Below are positions 12,501 to 27,696 of a DNA stretch of 64,000 bases, in pieces. The DNA comes from the human T2T-CHM13v2.0 reference genome, Homo sapiens. The notes under the pieces are model-generated. The model had not been told where the DNA came from. It saw only the letters and a list, made by a program, of their open reading frames with translations, and ran no database searches. Position 1 is the stretch's first letter, and each line of letters starts with the position of its first letter. Where the stretch lies: the NCBI RefSeq assembly GCF_009914755.1, contig NC_060941.1; one strand, given 5' to 3'. The translations under genes and the position numbers were made by a program.

Positions 12501-15500
12501 TGGACTGGATTGGAATCAAATGGAATGGAATGGAACCGAATGGAATGGAATCAAATGACATCGAATGGAATTGAAAGGAATGTGGTGAACTGGAAAGGAC
12601 TGTCATGGAATGCAGTGGAATGGACTGGGGTGGAATGGAACTGAATGGAGTGGAGTGGAGTGGAGTGGAATGTAATGTGATAGAATGGAAAGGAATGGTG
12701 AAATAAAATGTGAGTTGAGATTGTGCACTGCACTCCAGCCTGGGTGACAGAGTGAGATCCTGATGAAAGAAAGGAAGGGAATGGAATAGATTTAGAATGG
12801 AATGGAATGGAATGGATTTAGAATGGAATGGAATGGAAAGGGGTGGAGTGGAGTGGATTGGAGTGGAGTGGAGTGGAGTGAAGTGGAATTGTGTGGAATG
12901 GAATTGAGTGGAGTGGAATGGAATGGAATGAAATGGAGTGGAATGGAGTTGAATCCAGTTTAGTGGAATGGAATGGAATGGGGTGGAGTGGAATGGAGTG
13001 GAATGCAGTGGAATGGAGTGGAATGGGATGGAGTGGAGGGGAATGGAGTGGAGTGGAATGGAATGGAGTGGAATGGAATGGAATGGAATGGAATGGAATG
13101 GAATGGAATGAAATGCAATGGAATGGAATGGAACTGAATGGAATGGAATGGAATCGAATAGAATCGAATCGACTCAAATCAAATCAAATCGAAACAAATG
13201 GAATCAAATGGAATTGAATGGAATTGACTAGAACAAATGGAATTGAAATGAATCGAATGGAATCGAATCAAATGGAATCAAATGGCATGGAATTGAATCA
13301 AATGGAATGCGGTGAAATGGAGTGGAGTGCAGTGGAAAGGATTGTAATGAAATGGGGTGGAATGGAAATGAATGGAGTGGAGTGCAGTGAAGTGGATTTG
13401 AGTGGAGTGGAATGGAATGGGAAGGAATGGAATTGAATGGAGTGGAGTAGAATTGAGTGGAGTGCAATGGAATGGAATGGAATAGAATCAAATGGAATGG
13501 AATGGAATCGAACGGAATGGAATGGAATGGAATCAAATGGAATGGAATTGAATGGAATCGAATGGAATCAAATGGAATCGAGTGGAATCAAATGGTTTCG
13601 AATCGAATCGAATTGAATCAAATGGAATCGAGTGGAATCGAATGGAATAGAATGAAATCGAAAGGAAAAAATGAAATTGAATGGAATCGAATGGAATCAA
13701 TTCGAATGGAATCGAGTGACATCGAACGGAATCGAATTGAATGCGAAGAAATGTACTGGAGTGGAGTGGAATGGAGTGGAATGGAATGGGGTGGAATGGA
13801 AATGAATGGAGGGGAGATGAGTGCAGTGTATTGGAATGGAATGGAATGGGAAGGAATGGATTTGAACGGAGTGGAGTGGAGTGGAATGGAATGGAATGGA
13901 ATGGAACGGTGAAATGAAAGGTGAGCTGAGATTGTGCACTGCACTCCAACCTCGGTGACAGAGTGAGATCCTTTCGAATGAAAGGAATGGAATGGATTTA
14001 GAATGGAATGTAGTGGAGGGGAGTGGAGTGGCATGGAGTGGGGTGGAGTGGAGTGAAATGGAGTGGAATGTATTGTTACAGAATGGAATGGAGTGGAGTG
14101 GAGTGGGATGAAGTGGAATGGAATGTGATGGAATGGAATGGAGTAGAGTGTAGTGGTGTGGAGTGGAAAGGTGTAGAATGGAATGGATTGGAAAGGATTG
14201 GAGTGGAGTTGAGTGGAGTGGAATGGAATGGTGTGGAGAGGAGTAGAATGGAGTGGAGTGCAGTGGAGTGAAGTGACGTGGAATGGAATGGAGTGCAGTG
14301 GAATGGAATGGAGTGGAGTGGAATGGACTGGAAGGGATGGAATTAACTGGAGTGGAATGGAATGGACTATAGTGGAATGGAATGGAGTAGAGCGGAATGG
14401 AGTGGAGTGGAGTCATATGGTGTGGAATGGAATGCAATGTTGTGGAGTGGAGGAGAGTGGAGTGGAATGGACTGGAGTGTAGGGGAATGTAGTGGAATGG
14501 AATGGAGAGGAATGGAGTGGAATGGAGGGGGTGGAATGGAGTGGAGTGGAGTGGAGTGGTTTGGATTGCAATGGAATGGAATCCAACGGAATGGAAAGGA
14601 ATGGAATGGAATGGAATGGAATGAAGTGGAGTGGAATGGAGTGGAATGAATTGGAATGGAATGGAATGCAATGGAAGGCAATGCAATGGAATGGAATGGA
14701 AGGGAATGGAGTGGAATGGAAAGGAATGGATTTGAATCGAACAGAATGTAATGGAATTGAATGGAATGGAATCGAATGAAATCAAATGGAATGTAATAGA
14801 ATTGAATGGAAAGGAATCGAATAGCATCAAATGGAATCGAATGGAATGCGGTGAAGTGGAGTGGAGTGGAATGGAGTGGAATGGAGTGGAATGGAATGGG
14901 GTGGAATGGAATTGAATGGAGCATAGTGGAGTGGGGTGGAATGGAGTGGAGTGGAATGAAATGGGAAGGAATGGAATTGAACAGAGTGAAGTGGAGTGGA
15001 GTGGAATGGAACGCAATGGAATGGAATGGAATAGAATGGTGAAATGTGAGCTGAGATGGTGCACTGCACTCCAGCCTGAGTGACAGAGTGAGATCCTTTT
15101 GAAAGAAAGGAATGGAATGGAATGGATTTAGAATGGAATGTAATGGAATGGATTTAGAATGGAATAGAATGGAATGGGGTGGATTGGAGTGGAGTGGAGT
15201 GGAGTGGAGTGCAATGGAGTAGAATGGAATGGAGTGGAGTGGAATGGAATGGACTGGAATGGAGTGCAATGGAGTGGAGTGGAATGGAATGGAATGAAGT
15301 GGAGTGGAGTGGAGTGGAGTGGAGTCGAATGGAGTGGAGTGGAGTGAAATGAAGTGGAGTTGAATAGAATGGAAAGGAGTGGAATGGAATTGAATGGAAT
15401 GCAGTGGAATGGATTGGAGTGGAGTGGAATGGAGTGGATTGGAACGGAGTGGAATGGAGTGGAGTGGAGTGGAGTGGAATTAAGTGATGTGGAATGAAGT

Positions 15501-15600
15501 GGAATGGAATGGATTGGAATCGAATGGAATGGAATGGAACCGAATGGAATGGAATCTAATGAAATCAAATGGAATGGAATACAATCAAATGGAATGGAAT
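9600..15600 (+). repeat. ~3.0 kb tandem duplication (three-monomer higher-order unit, two copies)
   Basis: Cassette pairs 9693/12710, 10863/13921 and 12032/15046 have offsets of 3017, 3058 and 3014. Shared rare motifs include GAGTCATATGGTGTGG (~11401/~14410) and ATAGCATC (~11822/~14821). Confidence 0.85.
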
Positions 15601-18180
15601 TGAATGACATAGAATGGAATCGAATGGAATGCAGTGAAGTGGAGTGGAGTGGAATGGAGAGGAATGGAATGGGGTGGAATGGAATTGAATGGACAGAGTG
15701 GAATGGGGTGGAATGGAGTGGAGAGGAATGGAATGGCAAGGAATGGAATTGAACGGAGTGGAGTGGAGTGGAGTGGAATGGAATACTATGGAATGGAATG
15801 GAGTGGAATGGAATGGAATGGAATGGAATGGTGAAACGAAATGTGAGCTGAGATTGTGCACTGCACTCCAGCGTGAGTGACAGAGTGAGATCCTTTCGAA
15901 AGACAGGAAAGGAATGGAATGGATTTAGAATGGAATGGATTTAGAATGGAATGGAATGGAATTTAGTGGATTGGAGTGGAGTGGAGTTCAGCGGAGTTGA
16001 ATGGAGTGGAATGGAATGGAGTGGAGTGGAATGGAATAGAATGGAGTGCAATGGAGTGGAGTGGAATGGAAGGGAATGGAATAGAGTGGAGTGGACTGAA
16101 TGGAGTGCAGTGGAGTGGAATGAAATGGAGTGGAATAAAATGGAATGGAGTGGAATGGAATTGAATGGAATGGAGTGAGATGGAGTGGAGTGGAGTAGAG
16201 TGGAATGGAGTGGAGTGGAATGGACTGGAATGGAGTGGAGTGGAGTGGAATGGAGTGGAGTGGAATGGAGTGGAATGTAATGGAAGGGAATAGAATGGAA
16301 TGGAATCGAATGGAATTGAATGGAACGGAATCAAATGGCATCGAATGGATTCGAATGAAATGTGGTGAAGTGGAGTGGAGTGGAATGGAGTCAAAAGGAA
16401 TGGGGTGGAACGGAATAGAATGAAGTAGAGTGCAGCGGAGTGGAATGGAGTGGAGTGGAATGGACTGGGAAGGAATGGAATTGAACGGAGTGGAGTGGAG
16501 TGGAGAGGAATGGAATGCAATGGAATGGAATGGAATGGTGAAATGAAATGTGAGCTCAGATTTTGCACTGCACTGCAACCTGGGTGACACAGTAAGATCC
16601 TGTCGAAAGAAAGAAATGGAATAGAATGGATTTAGAATGGAATGTAATCGAATGGAGTGGAGTGGAGTGGCATGGAGTGGATTGGTGTGGAGTGGAATGG
16701 AGTGGTTTGGATAGTTATGCAATGGAATGGAATGGAGTGGAGTGGAGTGGCACGGAGTGGAGTGGAATCGAGTGGAATGGAATGGAATGGAAAGGAACAG
16801 AGTAGAGTGGAGTGGAGTGGAGTGGAGTGGAAAGGTGTAGAAAGAAATGGAATGGAATGGAGAGGAGTGGAGGACAGGTGAGTGGAGTGGATTGGAGTGC
16901 AGTGAAATGGAGTGGAATGGAGTGGTGTGGAATGGAGTGGACTGGAGTGGAGTAGAGTGGAGTGGAGTCGAGTGGAAAAGTGTAGAATGGAATGGAATGA
17001 AAAGGATAGGAGTGGAGTGGAGTGGATTTGAGTGGAATGGATGGTAGTGCAGTGGAATGGAATGGAGTGGAATGGAGTAGAGTGTAGTGGAGTAGAGTGG
17101 AGTGGAGTGGAATGGAACAAAATGAAATCGAATGGAGTGGAATAGAATGGAATGGAATGGAAAGGAAAGCAATGGAATGGAATTGAAGGGAATGGAATGG
17201 AATCAAATGGAATGGAATCGAACGGAATTGAATGGATTCAAATGCAATGGAATGGAATGGAATCGAATGGAATGCGGTGAAATGGAGTGGAGTGGAGTGG
17301 AATGGAGTGGAATGAAAAGGGATGGCACCGAAATAAATGGAGTAGAGTGGAGTAGAACGGAGTGGAGTGGAATGGAATGGGAAGGAATGGAATTGAACGG
17401 AGGGGAGTGGAGTGGAGTGGAATGAAATGCAATGGAACAGAATTGAATGGAATGGTGAAAGGAAATGTGAGCTGAGATTGCACACTGCACTCCAGCCTGG
17501 GTGAGACAGTGAGATCCTGTCGAAAGAAAGGAAGGGAATGGAATGGATTTAGAATGGAATATAACGGAATGGATTTAGAATGGAATATAATGGAATGGAT
17601 TTAGAATAGAATGTGACGGAATGGAGTGCAGTGGAGTGGAGTGGAGTGGAATGGACTGGAGTGGAGTGGAACAAAATGGTATGGACTGTTATGGAATGGA
17701 ATGGAATGGAGTGGAATGGAGTGCTGTGGGGTGGAGTGGAGTGGAGTGGAATTGAGTGGAATGGAATGGGATGGAATGGAATGGAGAGGAGTGAAGTGGA
17801 GTGGAAATGTGTAGAATGGAATGGAGAGGAGTGGAGTGGAGTGGAAATGTGTAGAATGGAATGGAATGGAGTGGAGTGGAGTGGAATTGAGTGGAGTGGA
17901 ATGGAGTGGAGTGGAATGGAGTGGAGTGGAGTAGAGTGGAGTTTAGTTAAATGGAGTGGAATGGAGTGGAGTGGATTGGAATGAAAGTGAGTGGAGTGGA
18001 GTGGAGTGGTGTGGAATGGAGTGGACTGGAATGGAATGGAGTGGAGTGGAGTGGTGTGGAATGGAGTGGACTGGAATGGAATGGAGTGGAGTGGAGTGGA
18101 ATGGAATAGAATGCAATGGATTGGAATGGAATGGAATTGAATGTAATGGAATGGAATGGCATGGAAAGGTGAAATGAAAT

Positions 18181-21100
18181 GTGAGCTGAGAATGTGCACT
18201 GCACTCCAGCCTGGGTGAGAGAGTGAGAAACTGTCAAAAGAAAGGAATGCAATGGAATGGATTTAGAAAGAATGGAATGGAATGGAACAGAAAGGAATGG
18301 AATGGAATGGAATGGTATGGAGTGGAATGGAATTGAGTGGAATGGAGTGGAGTGGAATGGAGTGGAGTGGAGTGGAATGGAATGGAATCGAATCGAATCG
18401 AATCGAATTGAATGGAATCGAGTCAAATGGAATCGAATGGAATCGAATGGAAAAAATGGATTCGAATGGAATCGAATCAAATGGAATCGAATGGCATCAA
18501 ATGGAATCGAATGGAATGCGGTGAAGTGGAATGAAGTGGAGTGGAATGGAGTGGAATGGAATGGGGTGGAAAGGAATTCAATGGACTGGAGTGGAGTGGA
18601 ATGGAATCGAATGGAATGTAATCAAATGGAATTGAATGGAGTCGAATGCAATGGAATGGAAATGAATTGAATGGAATCGAATGGAATGTGGTGAAATGGA
18701 GTGGAGTGGATTGGAATGGAGTGGAATGAAAAGGGGTGGAATAGAAATGAATAGAGTGGAGTGGAGTAGAATGGAGTGGAGTGGAATGGAATGGGAAGGA
18801 ATGGAATTGAACGGAGTGGAGTGGAGTGGAGTGGAATGAAATACAATGGAATGGAATCAAATGGAATGTTGAAATGAAATGTGAGCTGAGATTGCGCACT
18901 GCAGTCCAGCCTGGGAGACAGAGTGAGATCCTGTCGAAAGAAAGGAAGGGAATGGAATGGATTTAGAAAGGAATATAATGGAATGGATTTAGAATGGAAT
19001 GTAACAGAATGGAGAAGATTGGAGTGGAGTGGAGTGGAATGGAGTGGAGTGGAATGGATTGGAATGGAATGGAATGGAGTGAAAAGAAGTGAAATGGAGT
19101 GGGGTGGAATGGCATGGAATGCAGTCGAGCGGAGTGGAGTGAAATGGAGTGGAGTGGAGTGGAATGGAATTGAGTAGAATGGAATGGAATGGAGTGGAAT
19201 GCAATATAATGGAAGGGAATGGAATGGAGTGGAGTGGAATGGAGTGGAATGGAGTGGAGTGGAGTGGAATGGAGTGTAATGGAGTGGAATGGAGTGGAGT
19301 GGAGTGGAGTGGAGTGGAATGGAGTGGAGTGGAATTGAGTGGAATGGAATGGAATGGATTGGAATCAAATGGAATGGAATGGAATGGAATGGAATGGAAT
19401 GGAATGGAATCGAATGGAATGGAATTGAATGACATCAAATGGAATTGAATGGAATGTGGTGAAGTGGAGTGGAGTGGAATGGAGTGGAATGGAATGGGGT
19501 GGAACGAAATTTAATGCAGTGGAGTGAAGTGGAGTGGAATGGAGTGGAGTGGAATGGACTGGGAAGGAATGGAATTGAACGGAGGGGAGTGGAGTGGTGT
19601 GGAATGGAATGCAATGGAATGGAATGGACTGGAATGGTGAAATGGTATGTGAGCTGAGATTGTCTACTGCACTCCAACCTGGGTGACAGAGTGAGATCCT
19701 GTCATAAGAAAGGAAAGGAATGGAATGGATTTGCAATGGAATGTAATGGAATGGAGTGGAGAGGAGTGGAGTGGCGTGGAGTGGAATGGAGTGGAGTGGA
19801 ACGGAATGGTATGGATTTTTATGGAATGGAATTCAATGGAGTGGAGTGGAGTGCTGTGGGGGAGAGTGGAGAGGAGTTGAGTGAAGTGGAATGGAATGCG
19901 ATGGAATGGAATGGAGTGGAGTTGAGTGGAGTGGAGTGGAAAGGTGTAGAATGGAATGGAATGGAATGGAGTGGAGTGGAGTGGAGTGGAATTGAGTGGA
20001 GTGGAATGGAATGGAGTGGAATGGCGTGGAGTGGAATGGAGTGCAGTGGAGTGGAGTTTACTGGAATGGAGTGGAATGGAGTGGAGTGGATTCGAATGAA
20101 AAGGAGTGGAGTGGAGTGGAATGGAATGGAGTGGACTGGAATGGAATGGAGTGCAGTGGAATGGAGTGGAGTAGAGTGGAATGGAATGGAATGCAATGGA
20201 GTGGAATGGAATGGAATCGAATACAATGGAGTGGAATGGCATGGAATGGTGAAATGAAATGTGAGCTGAGATTGTGCACTCCCCTACAGCCTGAGTGAGA
20301 GAGCGAGATCCTGTCGAAAGAAAGGAATGGAATGGAATGGATGTATAATGGAATGGAAAGAAATGGAATGGAATGGAATGCAGTGGAATGGAATGGGGTG
20401 GAATGGAGTGGAGTGGAATGGAGTGGAATGGAGTGGAGTGGAATGGAATGGAATTAAATCGAATGGAATACAATTGAATTGAATGGAATAGAATCAAATG
20501 GAATCAAATGGAATTGTACGGAATCAAATCAAATGGAATTGAATGGCATTGAATGGAATTGAATGGAATACGGAGAACTTGAATGGAGTGGAGTGGAATG
20601 GAGTGGAATGGAATGGGGTGGAATGGAATTCAATGGAGTGGAGTGGAGTGGAATGGAATCGAATGGAATGGAATGGGAAGGAATGGAATTGAACGGAGTG
20701 CAGTGGAGTGGAGTGGAATGGAATGCAATGGAATGGAATGGAATGGAATGGTGAAATGAAATGTGAGCTGAGATTCTGCAGTGCAATGCAGCCTGGGTGA
20801 CCTAGTGCGATCCTGTCAAAAGAAAGGAATAGAATTGAATGGATTTAAAATAGAATGTGATGGAATGGAGTGGAGTGGAGTGGATTAGCGTGGAGTGGAG
20901 TGGAGTGGAGTGGAGTGGAATGGAATGGGAAGGAATGGAAATGAATGGAGTGGAGTGGAATGAAATGCAATGGAATGGAATTGAATGGAGTGGAGTGGAA
21001 TGAAATGCAATGGAATGGAATTGAATGGAATGGTGAAACGAAATGTGAGTTGAGATTGCGCACTGCACTCCAGTCTGGGAGAAAGAGTGAGATCCTGTCG

Positions 21101-24100
21101 AAAGAAAGGAAGGAAATGGAATGGATTTGGAATGCAATATAATGGAATGGATTTAGAATGGAATGTAATGGAATGGAGTAGACTGGAGTGGAGTGCAGTG
21201 GAGTGGAATGGAGTGCAGTGGAATGGACTGGAGTGGAAAGGAATGGAATAGAATGGAATGGAAAGGAATGGAGTGAAAAGAAGTGAAATGGAATGGGGTG
21301 GAATGGCATGGAATGGAGTCGAGCGCAGTGGAGTGGAAAGGAGTGGAGTGCAGTGGAATGGAATTGAGTGGAATGGAATGGAATGGAATGGAGTGGAATG
21401 GAATATAATGGAAGGGAATGGAATGGAGTGGAGTGGAATGGAGTGGAGTGGAATGGAGTGGAATGGAAAGGAATGGAATGGATTGGAATTGAATGGCATG
21501 GAATAGAATGGAATGGAATGGAATCGAATGGAATGGAACTGAATGGCATAGAATGGAATTGAATGGAATGTGGTGAAGTGGATTGGAGTGGAGTGGAATG
21601 GAGTGGAATGGAATGGGGGGGAATGAAATTTAATGGAGGGGAGTGAAGTGGAGTGGAATGGATTGGAGTGGAATGGACTGGGAAGGAATGGAATTGAACG
21701 GAGTGGAGTGGAGAGGAATGGTGTGGAATGGAATGCAATGGAATTGAATGGACTGGAATGGTGAAAGGATATGTGAGCTGAGATTGTGCACTGCACTCCA
21801 ACCTGGGTGACAGAGTGAGATCCTGTCATAAGAAAGGAATGGAATAGAATGGATTTACAATGGAATGTAATGAAATGAAGTGGAGTGGAGTGGCGTGGAG
21901 TGAAGTGGAGTAGAGTGGAGTGCAACGGAATGGTATGGATTGTTATGTAATGGAATGCAATGGAGTAGAGTGGAGTGCTGTGGGGTGGAGTGGAGTGGAG
22001 TGGAATGGAATGGGATGGAATGGAATGGAGTGGAGTTGAGTGGAGTGGAGTGGAGTGGAAAGGTGTTGAATGGAATGGAATGGAACGGAATGGAATGGAA
22101 TGGAGTGGACTGGAATTGAATGGAGTGGAATGGAATGGAGTGGAATGGAGTGGAGTGGAATGGAGTGGAGTGGAATTTAGTGGAATAGAGTGTAGAGGAG
22201 TGGAATGGAACGGAGTGGAATGGAGTGAAGTGGAGTGGAGTGGAGTTTAGTGGAATAGAGTGGAATGGAGTGGAGTGGTTTGGTATGAAAGGGAGTGGAG
22301 TGGAGTGGAATGGATTGGACTGGAATGGAATGGAGTGGAGTGGAATGAAGTGGAGTGGAGTGGAATGAAATGGAATGCAATGGAGTGGAATGGAATGGAA
22401 TGGAATGGAATGGAATGGAATGGAGTGGAATGGAATGGAATGGAATGGCATGGAATGGTGAATTGAAATTTGAGCTGAGATTGTGCACTGCACTCCAGCC
22501 TGAGTGAGAGAGTGAGATCCTGTTGAAATAAAGGAATGGAATGGAATGGATTTAGAATGGAATGGAATTAAATGGAATGGAATGGAATGGAGTGGAATGG
22601 TATGAGGTGGAATGGAGTGGAGTGCAATGGAGTGGAGTGGAATGGAGTGGAGTGGAATGGAATGGAATGGAATCGAATGGAATCGAATGGAATTGAATTG
22701 AATGGAATCAACCGGAATCGAATGGAAAAAATGGAATCGAATGGAAAAAATGGAATAAAATGGAATTGAATGGAATCAAATCGAATGCAATCGAATGGCA
22801 TTGAATGGAATTGAATGGAATGTTCTGAAGTGGAATGGAGTGGAATGGAATGGGGTGGAATGGAATTCAATGGAATGGAGTGGAGTGGAATGGAATTGAA
22901 TGGAATGGAATGGGAAGGAATGGAATTGAACGGAGTGGAGTGGAGTGGAATGGAATGTAATGGAATGCAATGGAATGGAATGGTGAAATGAAATGTGAGC
23001 TGAGATTGTGCAGTGCAGTGCAGCCTGGGTGACCTAGTGAGATCCTGTAAAAAGAAAGGAATGGAATTGAATGGATTTAAAGTGGAATGTAATGCAATGG
23101 ACTGGAGTGGAGTGGATTAGCATGGAGTGGAGTGGAGTCGAGTGGAATGGAGTAGAGTGGAATGGAATGGGAAGGAATGGAATTGAAAAGAGTGGAGTGG
23201 AGTGGAATGAAATGCAATGGAATGGAATCGAATGGAATGGTGAAGTGAAATGTGAGCTGAGATTGTGCACTGCACTCCAGCCTGGGTGACAGAGTGAGAT
23301 CCTGTTGAAAGAAAGGAAGGGAATGGAATGGATTTAGAATGGAATATAATGGAATGGATTTAGAATGGAATGTAATGGAATGGAGTAGATTGGAGTGGAG
23401 TGGAATGTAATGGAGTGCAGTGGAATGGAATGGAATGGAATGGAATGGAATGGAGTGAAAAGAAGGGAAATGGAGTAGGGTGGAATGGCATGGAATGGAG
23501 TCGAGTGGAGTTGAGTGGAATGGAGTGGAGTGGAGTGGAATGGAATTGAGTGGAATGGAATGGAATAGAGTGGAATGGAATATAATGGAAGGGAATGGAA
23601 TGGAGTGGAGTGGAGTGGAATGGAGTGGAATAGAGTGGAGTGGAGTGGAGTGGAATGGAGTGGAATGGAATGGAGAGGAATGGAATGGAATGGATTGGAA
23701 TTGAATGGAATGGAATTGAATGGCATTGAAAGGAATTGAATGGAATGTGGTGAAGTAGAGTGGTGTGGAGTGGAGTGGAATGGAGTGGAATGGAATGGGT
23801 TGGAACGAAATTTAATGCAGTGGAGTATAGAGGAGTGGAATGGAGTGGAGTGGAATGGACTGGGAAGGAATGGAATTGAATGGAGTGGAGTGGAGTGGAG
23901 TGGTGTGGAATGGAATGCAATGGAATGGAATGGACTGGAACGGTGAGATGATATGTGAGCTGAGATTGTGCACTGCACTCCAACCTGGGTGACAGAGTGA
24001 GATCCTGTTGTAAGAAAAGAATGGAATGGAATGGATTTACAATGTAATATAATGGAATGGAGTGGAGTGGAGTGGTGTGGAGTGGAGTGGAACGGAATAG

Positions 24101-24620
24101 TATAGATTGTTATGGAATGGAATGCAATGGAGTGGAGCGGAGTGCTGTGGGGTGGAGTGGAGTGGAGTAGAATGGAGTGGAATGGAATGGGATGGAATGG
24201 AATGGAGTGGAGTTGAGTGGAGTGGAGTGGAAAGGTGTAGAATGGAATGGAAAGGAGTGAAGTTGAGTGGAGTGGAGTGGAAAGGTGTAGAATGGAATGG
24301 AATGGAATGGAATGGAGTAGAAGGTAATTGAGTGGAGTGGAATGGAATGGAGTGGAATGGAGTGGAGGGGAGTTTAGTGAAATGGAGTGGAATGGGGTGG
24401 AGTGGATTGGAATGAAAGGGACTGGAGTGGTGTGGAGCGGAGTGGAGTGGAGTGGAATGGAGTGGAGTGGAGTGGAATGTAATGGAATGCAATGGAGTGG
24501 AATGGAATGGAAAGGAATACAATGGAATGGAATGGCATGGAATGGGGAAATGAAATGTGAGGTGAGATTGTGCACAGCCCTCCAGCCTGGGTGAGAGAGT
24601 GAGATCCTGTCGAAAGAAAG
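18181..24620 (+). repeat. ~2.1-2.2 kb four-monomer higher-order repeat, about three copies
   Basis: Cyclic cassette variants at 18881/21045/23252, 19649/21773/23955 (CCAACCTGG), 18181/20261/22470/24557 (preceded by GGCATGGAA) and 20763/22995 (GACCTAGTG). Confidence 0.85.
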
Positions 24621-27600
24621 GAATGGAATGGAATGGATTTAGAATGGAATGGAATGAAATGGAATGGAATGGATTGGAATGGAATGGAATGGAATGGATT
24701 GGAATGGAATGGAATGGAATGCATTGGAATGGAATGGAGTGGAATGGAATGGAATGGAGTGGAATGGAATGGAATGGAATGGAATGGAATGGATTTGAAT
24801 AAATTGGAATCAAATGAAATCGAACTGAATCTAATGTAATTGAATGAAATCGAATGGAATGGAATCAAATGACATCGAATGGAATGGAATGGAATGTGGT
24901 GAACTGGAGATTACTGGCGTGGAATGCAGTGGAATGGACTGGGGTGGAATGGAATTGAATGCAGTGGAGTGGAGTTGAGAGGAATGCAGTGGAGTGGAAT
25001 GGAATGGGAAGGAATGGAACTCAACAATGTGGAGTGGAGTGGAATGGAATGCAATAAAATGGAATAGAATGGAATGCAATAAAATGGAATGGAATGGAAT
25101 GGTGAAATAAAATGTGAGCTGAGATTGTGCACTGCACTCCAGCCTGGGTGAGAGAGTGAGATCCTGTCAAAAGAAAGGAAGGGAATGGAATGGATTGAGA
25201 ATGGAATGGAATGAAATGGAATGGATTTAGAATGGAATGGAATGGAATGGAGTGGAGTGGATTGGAGTGGAGTGGAGTGGAGTGGAATTATGTGGAATGG
25301 AATGGAGTGGAGTGGAATGGAATGGAATGGAATGGAATTGAGCAGAATGGAATGGAGTGGATTAGAACAGAGTGGAGTGGAGTGGAATGGAGTGGAACGG
25401 AATGAAATGGCATGGAATGGAATCGAAAGGAATGGAATAGAATCGAATCGAATCGAATTGAATCAAATTGAATCAAATGGAATCGAATGGAATCTAATGG
25501 AAAAAAATGGAATCAAATGGAATTGAATGGAATCGAAACAAATGGAATCGAAAGGCATCGAATTGAATCAAACGGAATGCGGTGAAACGGAGTGGAGTGG
25601 AGTGGAAAGGATTGGAATGAAATGGGGTGGAACAGAATTGAATGGAGTGGAGTGGAGTGGAATTGAGTGGAGTGGAATGGAATGGGAAGGAATGGAATTG
25701 AATGGAGTGTAGTAGAATTGAGTGGAGTGGAATGGAATGGAATGGAATGGAGTGGAATGGAATGGAATGGAATGGAATGGAATGGAATGGAATGGAGTGG
25801 AATGGAATCGAATGGTTTCTAATCGAATCGAATTGAATCAATCGAATCGAATGGAATCGAATGGAATCAAATGGAATCGAATGAAATCGAATGGAATCGA
25901 ATGGGAAAAATGAAATCCAATGCAATCGAATGGAATCAAATGGAATGGAATCGAGTGGCATCAAACGGAATCGAATGGAATGTGTTGAAATGGAGTGGAG
26001 TGGAGTGGAATGGAGTGGAATGGAATGGGGTGGAATGGAATTGAATGGAGTGGAGTGGAGTGGAATGTAGTGGAATGGAATGGAATGGGAAGGAATGGAA
26101 CTGAATGGAGTGGAGTGGAGTGGAGTGGAATGTAGTGGAATGGAATGGAATGGGAAGGAATGGAAGTGAACGGAATGGAGTGGAGTGAAGTGGAATGAAA
26201 TGCACTGGAATAGAATGGAATGGAATGGTGAAATGAAATTTGAGCTGAGAATCTGCACTGCACACCATACTGGGTGACAGAGTGAGATTCTGTCGAAAGA
26301 AAGGAATGGAATGAAATGGATTTAGAATGGAATGTAATGGAATTTAGTGTAGTGGAGTGGAATGGCGTGGAGTGGAGTGTAGTGGAGTGGAATGGATTGG
26401 TGGGGATTGTCATGGAATGAAATGGAATGGAATGGAATGGAGTTGAGTGGAGTGGAGTGGGGTGGAGTGGAGTGGAATGGAGTAGAAAGGTGCAGAATGG
26501 AATGGAGTGGAATGGAGTGGAGTGGAGGGGAGTGGAGATGAGTGGAGTGGAATGGAATGGTATGGAGTGGAAGGGAGTAGAATGCAGTGGAGTGGAGTGG
26601 AGTGAAATGGAGTGGAATGGACGTGAGTGGAGTGGAATTGACTGGAGTGGAATGGAATGGACGTCAGTGGAATGGAATGGATTGGAGTGAAATGGAATGG
26701 AGTGGAGTGGAATGGAGTGGAGTGGTATGGAGTGGCATGGTTTGGAATGGAATGAAATGGAATGCATTGGAATGGAATGGAATGCAATGAAATGGAATGG
26801 AATGGAAGGGAAGGGAATCGAAAGGATTGGTATTGAATGGAATCGAGTGGAATGGAATGGAATCCAATGGAATGGAATCAAATGACATCGAATTTAATCA
26901 AATGGTATGCAGTGAACTGGAGAGGAGTGGCGTGGAATGCAGTGGAATGGACTGGGGTGGAATGGAATTGAATGGAGTGGAGTGGAATGGACTGGCATGA
27001 AATGGAATGGGAAGGAATGAAATTGAATGGAGTGGAGTGGAGTGGAGTGGAATGGAATGCAATATAATGGAATGGAATGGAATGGTGAAATAAAATGTGA
27101 CTTGAGATTGTGCACTACACTCCAGCCTGGGTGACAGAGTGAGATCCTGTCGACAGAAAAGAAGGGAATGGAATGGACTTAGAATGGAATGGAATGGAAT
27201 GGATTTAGAATGGAATGGAATGGAATGAAGTGGAGTGGAGTGGATTGGAGTGGAGTGGAGTGAAGTGGAATTCTGTGGAATGGAATGGAGTGGAGTGGAA
27301 TGGAGTGGAATCGAGTGGAGTGGAAAGGAAAGGAATGGGGTGGAGTGTAATGGAGTGGAAAGCAGTGGAATGGAATGGAGTGGAGAGTAATGGAGTGGAG
27401 TGGAATGGAATGTGGTGGAATGTAATGGAGTGGAAAGTGGTGGAATGGAGAGGAATGGAATGGAGTGGAGTGGAATGGAGTGGAGTGGAATGGAATGGAA
27501 TGGAATGGAATGGAATGGAACAGAATCGAATCGAATCGAATCGAATTGACTCCAATCAAATCGAATTGAATCAAATGGAATGGATCGGAATCGAATGGAA

Positions 27601-27696
27601 TCAAATCAAATGGAATCGAATGGCATTGAATTGAATCAAATGGAATGCGGTGAAATGGAGTGGAGTGGAGCGGAATGGATTGGAATGGAATGGAGT

